A stretch of 64,000 bases of DNA, from the NCBI GenBank assembly GCA_963736925.1, contig CAVTQP010000001.1, positions 70,159 through 134,158 on the forward strand, given 5' to 3'. The notes beneath the pieces were generated by a model. The model saw only the letters and a program-made list of their open reading frames with translations, did not search any database and was not told where the DNA came from. Shown here piece after piece: positions 1 through 8,670 of the stretch. This stretch comes from an uncultured Actinomycetes bacterium. GTDB taxonomy: Bacteria; Actinomycetota; Acidimicrobiia; Acidimicrobiales; CAVTQP01. Made by a program: the position numbers and the translations under genes. Each line of letters opens with the position of its first letter. Positions within the stretch are counted from its first letter, which is position 1.

Positions 1-294
1 GGGGTTGTGTGAGGCCGAGATCATCGCACCGGGCACTTCGCGGCTGGAAGACAGCCACGCCAGACCGGGCGTCGGGATCACCCCGACGTCGACCACCTCT
101 ACACCCTCACCCGACATTCCCGCGGCGAGAGCCGCTTGGAGCATTGGGCCCGAGAGCCTTGTGTCGCGCCCGATGAGGAACTGGCGGGCCTTGAGCACGC
201 GTGCTGCGGCTCTGCCGAGCGCGAGAGCCAACTCTGGGGTAAGGGTGAAGTTGGCGATCCCCCTCAACCCGTCCGTGCCGAACTTGGCGGGCAA
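1..294 (-). CDS. glmM: Phosphoglucosamine mutase GlmM, N-terminal 98 codons; gene runs off the left edge
   Basis: Hand translation of the minus strand gives (TTG)PAKFGTDGLRGIANFTLTPELALALGRAAARVLKARQFLIGRDTRLSGPMLQAALAAGMSGEGVEVVDVGVIPTPGLAWLSSSREVPGAMISASHNP. It contains the SASHNP phosphoserine loop. Absent from the ORF track because there is no stop in the window. TTG at 294 is the only start after the in-frame TAG shared with the rpsI stop. Confidence 0.85.
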   Translation of the reverse strand, partial: MPAKFGTDGLRGIANFTLTPELALALGRAAARVLKARQFLIGRDTRLSGPMLQAALAAGMSGEGVEVVDVGVIPTPGLAWLSSSREVPGAMISASHNP

Positions 295-300
295 CTCCGG

Positions 301-693
301 CTACCGCTTGGAGTACTGAGGAGCCTTGCGTGCCTTCTTCAGGCCGTACTTCTTGCTCTCCTTCTCCCGGGCGTCCCGAGTGAGCAGGCCCGCGCGCTTG
401 AGGGCGAGCCGGAACTCGGGATCGAGCTCTGCGAGCGCGCGGGCGATGCCCAGCCGCAGGGCTCCTGCCTGACCGGAGGTCCCGCCACCGTCGATCCGCG
501 CGTCGACGTCGTAGGTCTCGGTGGTGGTGGTCAGCCTCAGCGGCTCCAACGCGACCATCCGGTGAGTGGCAGAGGGGAAGTAGCTCTCGAACGGGCGGCT
601 GTTGATGGTGACAGTCCCTTGGCCGGAACGAAACCGCACCCGCGCCACCGCCTGCTTACGGCGGCCCGTGGACTGGACGAGAGGGTCGGGCAT
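301..693 (-). CDS. rpsI: 30S ribosomal protein S9
   Basis: 130-aa ORF ending ...[12 protein letters not shown] with [19 protein letters not shown], typical of S9. ATG start at 693. Confidence 0.97.
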   Translation of the reverse strand: MPDPLVQSTGRRKQAVARVRFRSGQGTVTINSRPFESYFPSATHRMVALEPLRLTTTTETYDVDARIDGGGTSGQAGALRLGIARALAELDPEFRLALKRAGLLTRDAREKESKKYGLKKARKAPQYSKR

Positions 694-716
694 GGTCAGC
701 TCCTGTGGTCGATCGT

Positions 717-1166
717 CTAAACGAGCCGGCGGGCCGCGCTCAGGTCCACCGGACCGGGCGACTGCGCGGCGTGTGGATGGGTCGGCCCCGAGTAGACCTT
801 CAGCTTCTTGAGCATCTTCCGGCCCAGGGGGCCCCGAGGCATCATCCCTCTTACCGACCTGAACACCGCCTCTTCGGGCCGCGATGCGATGATCTCTCCG
901 TAAGGCCGGCTCCGAAGGCCACCCGGGTACCCGCTGTGGCGATATACAAGCTTCTTCTCGGCCTTGTCGGATGTCAGAACCACCTTGGCGGCGTTGACGA
1001 CGACCACGTGGTCGCCCATGTCGATGTGAGGGGAGAACGTCGGCTTGTGCTTGCCACGAAGAAGCCGCGCCACCTCTGTCGAGAGCCGTCCGAGGACGAG
1101 GCCGTCCGCGTCGATCACGTGCCAGGCGCGTTCGACGTCTGCAGGCTTTGGAGAAAAGGTGCGCAC
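717..1166 (-). CDS. rplM: 50S ribosomal protein L13
   Basis: The track ORF (717..1328) is over-extended. The conserved L13 N-terminus (V)[19 protein letters not shown] starts at GTG 1166, preceded by GGAGGAG. Confidence 0.93.
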   Translation of the reverse strand: MRTFSPKPADVERAWHVIDADGLVLGRLSTEVARLLRGKHKPTFSPHIDMGDHVVVVNAAKVVLTSDKAEKKLVYRHSGYPGGLRSRPYGEIIASRPEEAVFRSVRGMMPRGPLGRKMLKKLKVYSGPTHPHAAQSPGPVDLSAARRLV

Positions 1167-1203
1167 GCTGCTCCTCCGGCCCCCAGGTCGTCTAGGGGGG
1201 GCT

Positions 1204-1232
1204 AGGCTACGGTAGATGACCAGGTGGGGCAA
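1204..1232 (-). promoter_or_regulatory. Candidate promoter for rplM-rpsI (-35 TTGCCC, 17 nt spacer, -10 TAGCCT)
   Basis: Minus-strand TTGCCC at 1232..1227 and TAGCCT at 1209..1204, about 40 nt upstream of the rplM GTG. Motif match only (TANNNT-type -10). Confidence 0.3.
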
Positions 1233-1237
1233 GGCTG

Positions 1238-1281
1238 GATGCTGTCGTGGCCGGGCGAAGATGCTGTCGTGGCCGGGCGGA
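1238..1281. repeat. 22-bp tandem direct repeat, 2 copies (21/22 identical)
   Basis: gatgctgtcgtggccgggcgaa (1238-1259) is followed directly by gatgctgtcgtggccgggcgga (1260-1281). Lies in the truA-rplM spacer just upstream of the candidate promoter. Confidence 0.95.
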
Positions 1282-1317
1282 GCAGCCGGCGGACGGAGGA
1301 TCGGCTGACCACTGGGG

Positions 1318-2151
1318 TCAGCTCGCATACCTCACCTCCCAGAGGCACAGGCCGTGGGGCGGCGCTGGTGAGCCAGCCCGCGAACGATCACCCATCGCGA
1401 GCAGAACCATCATGTCCGACGCCCGGCGCCGGCCCTTGCCGACCTCGACCAGCGTGCCCACCAGCGATCTCACCATCTGGTGGCAAAATGAGACCGCTTC
1501 GATCTCGAAGCGGAGCACTCCCTCGGCCCCCCTCGTCCACGAGGCTTCCGTTACCCGCCGCATCATCGGCTCGCCAGCAGGCTGTCTCGGGCCCCGGCGG
1601 CAGAAGGCTGCGAAGTCGTGCTCCCCGAGCAACGGATCGCAGGCCGCCTGCATGCCCCGTATGTCGAGCGGCCCCGGAACGTGCCAGGCGGTTGGTGCGA
1701 GGAAGGGGTCCGGGACGGGGGCATCCACCACGCTGTATCTGTAGCGCCGGGACAACGCCGAACGTCGCGCGTCGAAATGCTGGCTGACGACGGTGGCGGA
1801 CCTCACCACGATGCGGGGAGCAAGCATGCGGTTGCAGGACCGCACCAGGGCATCCGTGTCCAGGGCATCCGTGTCCGGAGCGCTGCCCGTGTGCGGACCC
1901 CTGCACGTGTGCGGAAGCCTGCCCTTGGGCACCAGGTCGGCGTGGACCACCTGGCCCCGAGCGTGCACACCTGCGTCGGTCCTCCCGGCACAGGTGAGAC
2001 GGACTGAGTGCCCGACCACCTTCTCCAAGGCCATGGCCAGCGTCCCGGCCACCGTCGGTTTGCCCGCTTGGGCCGCGAAGCCGCTGAACCCGGATCCGTC
2101 GTAGGCGACGGTCAGCTTGACGCGTACGCCGGCTGGATCCGTCTCCGTCAA
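1318..2151 (-). CDS. truA: tRNA pseudouridine(38-40) synthase TruA
   Basis: 277 aa with [18 protein letters not shown]...[20 protein letters not shown] (catalytic Asp motif). The TTG start overlaps the rplQ stop (TTGA). Confidence 0.93.
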   Translation of the reverse strand: MTETDPAGVRVKLTVAYDGSGFSGFAAQAGKPTVAGTLAMALEKVVGHSVRLTCAGRTDAGVHARGQVVHADLVPKGRLPHTCRGPHTGSAPDTDALDTDALVRSCNRMLAPRIVVRSATVVSQHFDARRSALSRRYRYSVVDAPVPDPFLAPTAWHVPGPLDIRGMQAACDPLLGEHDFAAFCRRGPRQPAGEPMMRRVTEASWTRGAEGVLRFEIEAVSFCHQMVRSLVGTLVEVGKGRRRASDMMVLLAMGDRSRAGSPAPPHGLCLWEVRYAS

Positions 2152-2501
2152 ACCAGCTCGATACGCGCCATCGGAGCGTTGTCACCGTGGCGCGGGCCCA
2201 GCTTGAGGATCCGGGTGTACCCGCCGGGCCTTTCGGCGTAACGGGGGCCGATCTCTTCGAAGAGCTTGTGAGCCATCTCCTTGTCCCTGATGAAGGCGAC
2301 CACCTGCCTTCGATTGTGGATGCCACCCTTTCGGGCTTTGGTGATCAGCTTCTCCAGGACCGGTCGGAGGGCCTTGGCTTTGGACTCGGTGGTGACGAGG
2401 GCCTCGGCGGCTATCAACGAGGCGACCAGGTTGCCCATCATGGCCTTCTGGTGAGACGGGCTCCCGCCTAATCGACGACCTTTGGTAGGGGTGGCGGGCA
2501 C
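2148..2501 (-). CDS. rplQ: 50S ribosomal protein L17
   Basis: 117 aa with [22 protein letters not shown]...[28 protein letters not shown] start. Confidence 0.96.
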   Translation of the reverse strand: MPATPTKGRRLGGSPSHQKAMMGNLVASLIAAEALVTTESKAKALRPVLEKLITKARKGGIHNRRQVVAFIRDKEMAHKLFEEIGPRYAERPGGYTRILKLGPRHGDNAPMARIELV

Positions 2502-2502
2502 G

Positions 2503-3444
2503 TCACCCCTCCTTGGTGCGAAGCGACAGGCCCCGCTCGTCCAAGCGCTGTATCACCTCGTCCAATGACTTCTGCCCGAAGTTGGTTATTCCCAAGAGGT
2601 CGTCGACGGTCTGGTCGACCAGTTCGCCGATCGTGTTGATCTGGGCGCGCTTGAGGCAGTTCCGGGGGCGCTCGGAGAGGTCGAGGTCCTCGATACGAAG
2701 GTCGAGGTCAGGCGATCCCGTGGCCACGGTTCCCACGTCTCCCAGCTCCAGGCCCTGGGGGTTGTCGCTCATGTCAGCCACCAGGGAGACCAGCGAACGG
2801 AGGGTCTCCCCGGCCGACGCCAGTGCCTCCCGGGATGAGATCGATCCGTCTGTCTCCACGTCGAGGATCAGCTGGTCGTAGCTGGTGGCCTGCTCGATCC
2901 GGGTGGGCTCCACCGTGAAGGCCACCCTGCGCACGGGCGAGAAGATCGAGTCGACCGGGATAACGCCGATGACCGACGAGCGCTTGTTGTTCTCGGCCGA
3001 CACGTACCCACGCCCCCTCTCGACCGTCAGGTCGGCGGCGAGCCGGCCCTTGGGGTTGAGGGTGGCGACGTGCATCTCGGGGTTCAGGACCTCGACGCCG
3101 GTGGAAAGCTGGATGTCCCCTGCGGTGACCTGGGCGGGCCCTCTCACGTCCAGGCGCAACGTCACCGGCTCCTCGGGCTCCACCCGCAGCACAATGTCCT
3201 TCAAGTTCAAGATGATGTCGGTGACGTCCTCCTTCACCCCGGGAAGCGTGGTGAACTCGTGGAGGGCCTCGTCGAAGCGCACCTCGGTCACCGCGGCGCC
3301 CGGTATCGAGGACAGGAGCGTGCGCCTGAGGGTGTTCCCGAGGGTGTGGCCGAAGCCCGGCTCGAGAGGCCCTATCGAGAACCGCTGGCGGGTCGCCTCC
3401 TCCTCGTCGAGCGCTTCAACTGTAGGACGCTGGATCATGAGCAT
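2503..3444 (-). CDS. rpoA: DNA-directed RNA polymerase alpha subunit
   Basis: The track ORF is over-extended by 109 codons. The conserved start [16 protein letters not shown]...[31 protein letters not shown] is at ATG 3444. 313 aa. Confidence 0.95.
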   Translation of the reverse strand: MLMIQRPTVEALDEEEATRQRFSIGPLEPGFGHTLGNTLRRTLLSSIPGAAVTEVRFDEALHEFTTLPGVKEDVTDIILNLKDIVLRVEPEEPVTLRLDVRGPAQVTAGDIQLSTGVEVLNPEMHVATLNPKGRLAADLTVERGRGYVSAENNKRSSVIGVIPVDSIFSPVRRVAFTVEPTRIEQATSYDQLILDVETDGSISSREALASAGETLRSLVSLVADMSDNPQGLELGDVGTVATGSPDLDLRIEDLDLSERPRNCLKRAQINTIGELVDQTVDDLLGITNFGQKSLDEVIQRLDERGLSLRTKEG

Positions 3445-3470
3445 TTGGGGGTGCTGGCTCCTTAGGTTGC

Positions 3471-4097
3471 TTACTTCGAGTAGAGCTCGATGATGAGCTG
3501 CTCCCTGAGGGGCACGTCGATGTGCTCCCGCAGGGGCAGGCTGCGAACTGTCACTTGAAAACCGTCTCCATCTGGCTCCAGCCACGGCACCAGTTGGCGG
3601 TCGAGTGTGTCCATGTTGTGGCGGATGACGATCATGCCGCGGGCCCTTTCGGACAGGGTTATCACGTCGCCGACGCGGGTCCGGTAGCTGGGGATCGTGA
3701 CGCGCCTTCCGTTCACGAGGACGTGCCCGTGGCGAACCACCTGGCGTGACTGGGCCCGGCTCGATCCCCAACCCGCCCGAAACGTGACGTTGTCCAGTCG
3801 CAGCTCCAGGATGCGCAGCAGGTTCTCGCCTGCGATGCCGGGCATGCGGGTCGCCTCGTCGTAGACGTTCACGAACTGGGCCTCCAAGACCCCGTAGATG
3901 CGCCGGGCCTTCTGCTTCTCCCGGAGCTGGGCCATGTACTCGGACCCCTGGCGCATGCGGTCGCGGCCATGCTCTCCCGGAGGATAGGGCCTACGCTCGA
4001 TGGGACACTTCATGGAGTCGCACTTGGCGCCCTTGAGGAACAGCTTCATCTTCTCGCGACGGCACTGGCGGCAAACGGGTCCGGTGTAGCGAGCCAT
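3471..4097 (-). CDS. rpsD: 30S ribosomal protein S4
   Basis: 208 aa, MARYTGPVCRQCRREKMKLFLKGAKC..., typical S4 with an N-terminal Cys cluster. Confidence 0.97.
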   Translation of the reverse strand: MARYTGPVCRQCRREKMKLFLKGAKCDSMKCPIERRPYPPGEHGRDRMRQGSEYMAQLREKQKARRIYGVLEAQFVNVYDEATRMPGIAGENLLRILELRLDNVTFRAGWGSSRAQSRQVVRHGHVLVNGRRVTIPSYRTRVGDVITLSERARGMIVIRHNMDTLDRQLVPWLEPDGDGFQVTVRSLPLREHIDVPLREQLIIELYSK

Positions 4098-4130
4098 CCT
4101 CTCCTTGGTCTCCTCTTCCTCAGACTTCCA

Positions 4131-4529
4131 TCAGACCCGGCGCCGCTTCTTCGGTCGGCAACCGTTGTGGGGTATGGGCGTCACGTCCTTGATACCGGCC
4201 ACCTCGATCCCGGTGTTGGTGAGCGAGCGGATCGCCGTCTCCCTCCCTGACCCCGGCCCCCTGACCAGAACGTCGACCTTCCGGACGCCGTGCTCCATGG
4301 CCCGGCGCGCGCAGGCCTCCGCCGCCAGCTGCGCCGCGAAGGGGGTCGATTTCCGGGAGCCTTTGAAGCCGACGTTGCCGGCGGAGGCCCAAGCCAGGAC
4401 GTTGCCCTCCGTGTCGGTTATGGAGATGATCGTGTTGTTGAACGAGCTCTTGATGTGAGCCACCCCGAACGCGACGTTCTTACGCTCACGCCGGCGGGGC
4501 CGCCGGCCCCCCGGCCTCGGCTTGGCCAT
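4131..4529 (-). CDS. rpsK: 30S ribosomal protein S11
   Basis: 132 aa with [30 protein letters not shown]...[15 protein letters not shown]. Confidence 0.97.
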   Translation of the reverse strand: MAKPRPGGRRPRRRERKNVAFGVAHIKSSFNNTIISITDTEGNVLAWASAGNVGFKGSRKSTPFAAQLAAEACARRAMEHGVRKVDVLVRGPGSGRETAIRSLTNTGIEVAGIKDVTPIPHNGCRPKKRRRV

Positions 4530-4907
4530 CTACTTGCGCACCTTCTTCTTACCGGCAACCGTCTTCTTCGGGCCCTTTCGGGTGCGGGCGTTCGTATGGG
4601 TGCGCTGGCCCCGAACCGGTAAGCCCCGGCGGTGGCGGATCCCCTGGTACGAGCCGATCTCCATCTTCCGCTTCACCTCCTGGGCAACGTCCCGGCGCAG
4701 GTCCCCTTCCACCTTGATGTTGCTGTCGATCCAGTTGCGGAGGCGCAGGACCTCTTCGTCTGTAAGGTCCCGCACCCTGGTGTCGGGGTTCACCTCTGTC
4801 GCCGAGCAGACCTGCGACGAGGTGGTCTTGCCCACTCCGAAGATGTAGGTGAGGGCTATCTCCAGCCGCTTCTCCCTGGGTATGTCGACGCCTGCGATCC
4901 TTGCCAT
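4530..4907 (-). CDS. rpsM: 30S ribosomal protein S13
   Basis: 125 aa, [26 protein letters not shown]... Confidence 0.97.
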   Translation of the reverse strand: MARIAGVDIPREKRLEIALTYIFGVGKTTSSQVCSATEVNPDTRVRDLTDEEVLRLRNWIDSNIKVEGDLRRDVAQEVKRKMEIGSYQGIRHRRGLPVRGQRTHTNARTRKGPKKTVAGKKKVRK

Positions 4908-4923
4908 CTCGAAGACTCCCGTC

Positions 4924-5037
4924 CTACCCCTGGCGCTGCTTGTGCCGAGGGTTGGTGCAGATGACCATCACCCGGCGATGGCGCCGAATCACCTTGCACT
5001 TCTCGCACATGGGCTTGACACTCGGTCGTACTTTCAT
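4924..5037 (-). CDS. rpmJ: 50S ribosomal protein L36 (Cys3-His zinc type)
   Basis: 37 aa, [37 protein letters not shown]. This is the tail of the over-extended track ORF 4924..5403. ATG at 5037. Confidence 0.95.
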   Translation of the reverse strand: MKVRPSVKPMCEKCKVIRRHRRVMVICTNPRHKQRQG

Positions 5038-5069
5038 CGTTCCTTCGTTCCGCCCGTCATTTGTGCCCG

Positions 5070-5294
5070 TCATTTGTAGCGGTAGGTGATCCGTCCCCGA
5101 CTCAAGTCGTAAGGCGTGATCTCCACTTGCACCCGATCGCCCGGCAGGATGCGGATCCTGTGCATCCTCATCTTCCCGGAGCTGTGGGCCAGCACCTTGT
5201 GCCCGTTCTCCAACTCGACTCGGAACATTGCGTTGGGGAGCGGCTCGACTACCGTTCCTTCCAGCACTATGGCGTCCTCTTTGGGCTTTGGCAG
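5070..5294 (-). CDS. infA: Translation initiation factor IF-1; conserved N-terminus only reachable from CTG
   Basis: The track ORF starts at GTG 5267 ([36 protein letters not shown]...). The in-frame upstream codons read [23 protein letters not shown], matching the usual IF-1 N-terminus (xxKKDxAIExEG). GGAGG lies 5 nt before CTG 5294. The 3' end is certain; the 5' end is inferred. Confidence 0.8.
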   Translation of the reverse strand: MPKPKEDAIVLEGTVVEPLPNAMFRVELENGHKVLAHSSGKMRMHRIRILPGDRVQVEITPYDLSRGRITYRYK

Positions 5295-5421
5295 ATGATC
5301 CTCCTACGGGCACAGCAACGGGCTCGCCCACGGCTTCTCGGGAGCCTGGCTCAGGGCGTCCCGGGCGCCGGTGCCACCGCTGCCCCGGGTCCCCTTGGGC
5401 CAACCTGGCTATTTTAGCCGG

Positions 5422-6162
5422 TCACGGAAGGGTAAGCACCTCCGGGCCGTCCTCTGTCACGGCGATGGTGTGCTCGAAGTGGGCGGACAGGCTCCCGTCG
5501 GCGGTCACCACCGACCATCCGTCGTCCAGCTGACGGGTAGCGGCCCCACCCGCGTTCACCATCGGCTCCACCGCGAACACGTTGCCAACCTTGAGCTTGG
5601 GGCCCGGAGTCCCCGGCCAGTAGTTGGGAACCTGGGGCTCCTCGTGCATCGCTGTACCGATGGCATGGCCCACGTACTCCCTGACGACCGAGAAGCCGGC
5701 GGACTCGGCCACCTTCTGGACCGCCTTGCCGATGTCGTTGAGCCGGTTTCCCTCCCTGATCTGGTCGATCCCCGCCCACAGGCTGGCTTCTGTCGCCTCG
5801 ATCAGCTTCTTCGCCTCCGAGCTGACCGACCCGATCGGCATGGTGAAGGCGGCGTCTCCGTGGTAGCCCTCGATGATCGCCCCGCAATCGATCGAGAGAA
5901 TGTCACCGTCGCAGAGCCGGTACGGGCCGGGTATCCCGTGGACGATCATGTCGTTGGGAGACGTGCATATGACCGCAGGGAACCCGTGGTAGTTGAGGAA
6001 GTTCGAACGGGCACCTCGTCCGTCCAGGACCTCTCTGGCGACTTGATCCACCTCCGCCGTCGTGACGCCCGGTTTTGCCGCCAGACGGCACTTCTCGTGC
6101 ATCTCGGCCACCACCGCGCCCGCCCGGCGCATCTTGGAGATCTCCTCCTTGCTACGACGCAA
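5422..6162 (-). CDS. map: Type I methionine aminopeptidase
   Basis: 246 aa with ...GFPAVICTSPNDMIVHGIP...DILSIDCGAIIEGYHGDAAFT...VREYVGHAIGTAMHEEPQVPNY...FAVEPMV..., covering the metal-ligand motifs. TTG start; no other start lies between it and the upstream in-frame stop. Confidence 0.93.
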   Translation of the reverse strand: MRRSKEEISKMRRAGAVVAEMHEKCRLAAKPGVTTAEVDQVAREVLDGRGARSNFLNYHGFPAVICTSPNDMIVHGIPGPYRLCDGDILSIDCGAIIEGYHGDAAFTMPIGSVSSEAKKLIEATEASLWAGIDQIREGNRLNDIGKAVQKVAESAGFSVVREYVGHAIGTAMHEEPQVPNYWPGTPGPKLKVGNVFAVEPMVNAGGAATRQLDDGWSVVTADGSLSAHFEHTIAVTEDGPEVLTLP

Positions 6163-6201
6163 GCCGTCCCCCCACGCCGGATCGCTCGCCGAGTCGGACG
6201 A

Positions 6202-6864
6202 TCACGCCCTCCTCCGCCGGTCGACCTCCCGGATGAGCCGGGCCCCTACGACGTCGGCATGACCCATCCCGTTGATCTTCACCAGCTTGTCCCGTGACTG
6301 GTACCAGTCGATCAGGGGGGCGGTCTGGCGCTCGTACAGGTCCAGGCGCCGGCGAATGGCCGCCTCGGTGTCGTCCTCCCGGTGGATCACCTCGCCACCA
6401 CAGACGTCACAGGTCCAGTCGACCTTGGGACGGGCGCGGACGCTGTAGTTGGTGCCGCAGTCGTGGCACACCCTCCGACCGGCCAGGCGGCGTAGCACGA
6501 TCTCGGTGGGCACCTCGAGGTCGATGACGAGGTCGAGGTCGTCCGGCAGAAGGAGCGCTGACAGCCCCTCGGCTTGTTGGATGGTCCTCGGAAACCCGTC
6601 CAGGACGAAACCCCTCGCCGTCGTGTCGTCCTCCCGCAGGCGCTCAGCCACCAGCCCGAGGACCAGGTCGTCGGGAATGAGCTCGCCTTCTTCCATGTAC
6701 TTGTCCGCCTGCTTGCCCAGAGGCGACCCTGACCGTACGGCCGCCCGGAACATGTCGCCGGTGGAGATGTGGGGGATCACGTAGTGATGAGACAGACGCA
6801 AGCACTGCGTCCCCTTTCCCGCACCCTGCTTACCGAGCATTACCAGCCTCGTGCCGGGTACCAC
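6202..6864 (-). CDS. adk: Adenylate kinase (Cys4 zinc lid)
   Basis: 220 aa with P-loop LGKQGAGKGTQ and lid CHDCGTNY...CDVCGG. The GTG start directly abuts the secY TAG. Confidence 0.95.
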   Translation of the reverse strand: MVPGTRLVMLGKQGAGKGTQCLRLSHHYVIPHISTGDMFRAAVRSGSPLGKQADKYMEEGELIPDDLVLGLVAERLREDDTTARGFVLDGFPRTIQQAEGLSALLLPDDLDLVIDLEVPTEIVLRRLAGRRVCHDCGTNYSVRARPKVDWTCDVCGGEVIHREDDTEAAIRRRLDLYERQTAPLIDWYQSRDKLVKINGMGHADVVGARLIREVDRRRRA

Positions 6865-8160
6865 CTACTTCAGGAAGCCCTCGTAGTTGCGCATCATCAG
6901 CTGGCTGTCGATCTGTTTCATGGTTTCCAGGGCGACCCCGACGGCTATCAGCAAGGTCGTCCCGGCGAACGGGTACCTGTTGATGTGAGAGAAGGACAGG
7001 AACAACGAGGGCAGCAGGGCTACGAAGGCCAGAAAGAGTGACCCGGGCAGGGTGATCCTGTTGAGAATCATCGACAGGTGCTTCTCGGTAGGCGGTCCCG
7101 GACGGATCCCCGGTATATAGCCGCCCTGTTTGCGAATTATGTCCGCTTGCTGGTGGGGATCAAAGGTGATGGTCACGTAGAAGTACGTGAAAAGGATGAT
7201 CAACAACCCGTAGAAGGTTATGTAGTAAAGGCTCGTTGCCTGGGCGAGGTGGTTGTTGACGAAGTTCCGGAAGCTTGTCCAAGGGACCACGTTGGACAAC
7301 AGCACCGGCAGGTACAGGACCGAGCTGGCGAAGATGATCGGGATGACACCTGCCTGGTTCACCTTGAGCGGTATGTAGGTGCTCTGCCCTCCGTACATGC
7401 GCCTTCCCATGACCCGCTTGGCGAAGGTGACCGGTATCCGCCTTTGGCCCTGCTCGACGAAAACGATGGCAACGAGCAGCAGAACCGTGAGCAGCATGAT
7501 GATGGCGAACTTGAATCCGCCTCCTTGCGCCAGGATGGCCGAGCCTCCCGAGGGCATACCCGCCACCACGTTCGAGAAGATGAGTATCGACATTCCCTGC
7601 CCGATCCCGCGCTGGGTTATCAGCTCGCCCAACCACATGACGAAAGCGGTCCCCACGGTCAGGGTCAGCACGATGAACAGCACCCTCGGAATGCTGAACT
7701 TGGGGATCAGGTCGATCTTCTGGCTGAGTCCGAAGAAGCTCTGCGCGTTGCTGTGGAAGACGAACGCCAGGCCCGTCGACTGCATGATGGCCAATGAGAC
7801 CGTCAGGTAGCGAGTGGCCTGGGTGATCTTCTTCTGGCCGACCGCCCCCTGCTCACGCCACTCCTCGAGCTTGGGGATGACCGTTGTGAGCAGCTGGATG
7901 ATGATCGAGCTGGTGATGTAGGGCATGATCCCCAGCCCGAACACCGCCACCCTGGCCAGGGCGCCGCCGGAGAACAGGTTCAAGAAGCCGAGGACCCCTC
8001 CCGCCTTGGCCTGGGCCTGGGCTTGTTGAACCGCCTGATAGCTGATGCCGGGAACGGGAACGTTCGCACCCAGCTGGTAGAGCGCGATCACCGTGAGGGT
8101 GAACACGATCTTGTTTCGAAGGTCGGGGACCTTGAACATGTTCATCAAGCTGGAAAGCAT
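6865..8160 (-). CDS. secY: Preprotein translocase subunit SecY
   Basis: 431 aa, multi-pass hydrophobic, with ...LFSGGALARVAVFGLGIMPYITSSIIIQLL... Confidence 0.97.
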   Translation of the reverse strand: MLSSLMNMFKVPDLRNKIVFTLTVIALYQLGANVPVPGISYQAVQQAQAQAKAGGVLGFLNLFSGGALARVAVFGLGIMPYITSSIIIQLLTTVIPKLEEWREQGAVGQKKITQATRYLTVSLAIMQSTGLAFVFHSNAQSFFGLSQKIDLIPKFSIPRVLFIVLTLTVGTAFVMWLGELITQRGIGQGMSILIFSNVVAGMPSGGSAILAQGGGFKFAIIMLLTVLLLVAIVFVEQGQRRIPVTFAKRVMGRRMYGGQSTYIPLKVNQAGVIPIIFASSVLYLPVLLSNVVPWTSFRNFVNNHLAQATSLYYITFYGLLIILFTYFYVTITFDPHQQADIIRKQGGYIPGIRPGPPTEKHLSMILNRITLPGSLFLAFVALLPSLFLSFSHINRYPFAGTTLLIAVGVALETMKQIDSQLMMRNYEGFLK

Positions 8161-8187
8161 GCTCTGTCCTCGTCCTCTCCAGCTCTC

Positions 8188-8670
8188 CTACCGGTTGGTA
8201 AGGGCGTTGCCTCTGGGCGCCCGCCTTCCCGCGGGTCGTGGAATGACGGTCACCGTACCGCCTGCGGCGGTTATGGCACGCTCGGCGGCAGCTGAGAAGG
8301 CATGCGCCTCCACGCGTACCGCACGGGTGAGCTCTCCCCGGGCGAGCACCTTCACGGGACCCTTGGCGTGGACCAGACCTCGGGAGCGCAGGACACCAGG
8401 ATCGACCTCCTGTTCGGCCAGTCTGTCGATGGCGTCGAGGTTGACGACCTTGTACTCCACTCGGAACGGGTTCTTGAAACCCTTCAGCTTGGGAACCCGC
8501 TGGGTGAGCGGGAGTTGACCCCCTTCGAAGCCCACCTTGACGGTGTCGCGCGCCCTCTGGCCCTTCATTCCCCGACCGGCGGTCTTCCCCCTCCTGCCTG
8601 CGATCCCGCGACCCACCCTGCGCCTGGGACGAGTGGACCCCGGCGCAGGCCTCAAGTCATGCACCTTCAT
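8188..8670 (-). CDS. rplO: 50S ribosomal protein L15
   Basis: 160 aa, MKVHDLRPAPGSTRPRRRVGRGIAGRRGKTAGRGMKGQ... The ATG overlaps the rpmD stop (TGATG). Confidence 0.96.
   Translation of the reverse strand: MKVHDLRPAPGSTRPRRRVGRGIAGRRGKTAGRGMKGQRARDTVKVGFEGGQLPLTQRVPKLKGFKNPFRVEYKVVNLDAIDRLAEQEVDPGVLRSRGLVHAKGPVKVLARGELTRAVRVEAHAFSAAAERAITAAGGTVTVIPRPAGRRAPRGNALTNR

Noticed and set aside
2503-3771. Long N-terminal extensions in the ORF track for rpoA and others. Affected genes: rpoA (422 aa), tuf (474 aa), rplD (424 aa), rplW (255 aa), rplN (220 aa), nuoI (473 aa), nuoJ (361 aa), nuoN (655 aa), nuoC (335 aa), nuoE (267 aa), the sigma factor (254 aa) and rplM (203 aa).
   Set aside because: The extensions are Arg/Pro/Gly-rich read-through of open frames that overlap the upstream gene. 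Conserved family N-termini, SD motifs and stop/start overlaps identify the internal starts used in the feature table.
5400-5421. GGCTAAAATAGCC hairpin / TAAAAT box just after the map stop, considered as a terminator or infA promoter.
   Set aside because: The stem is only 5 bp with no U-tract, and the -35 position would lie inside map with no good match. This is too weak to call.
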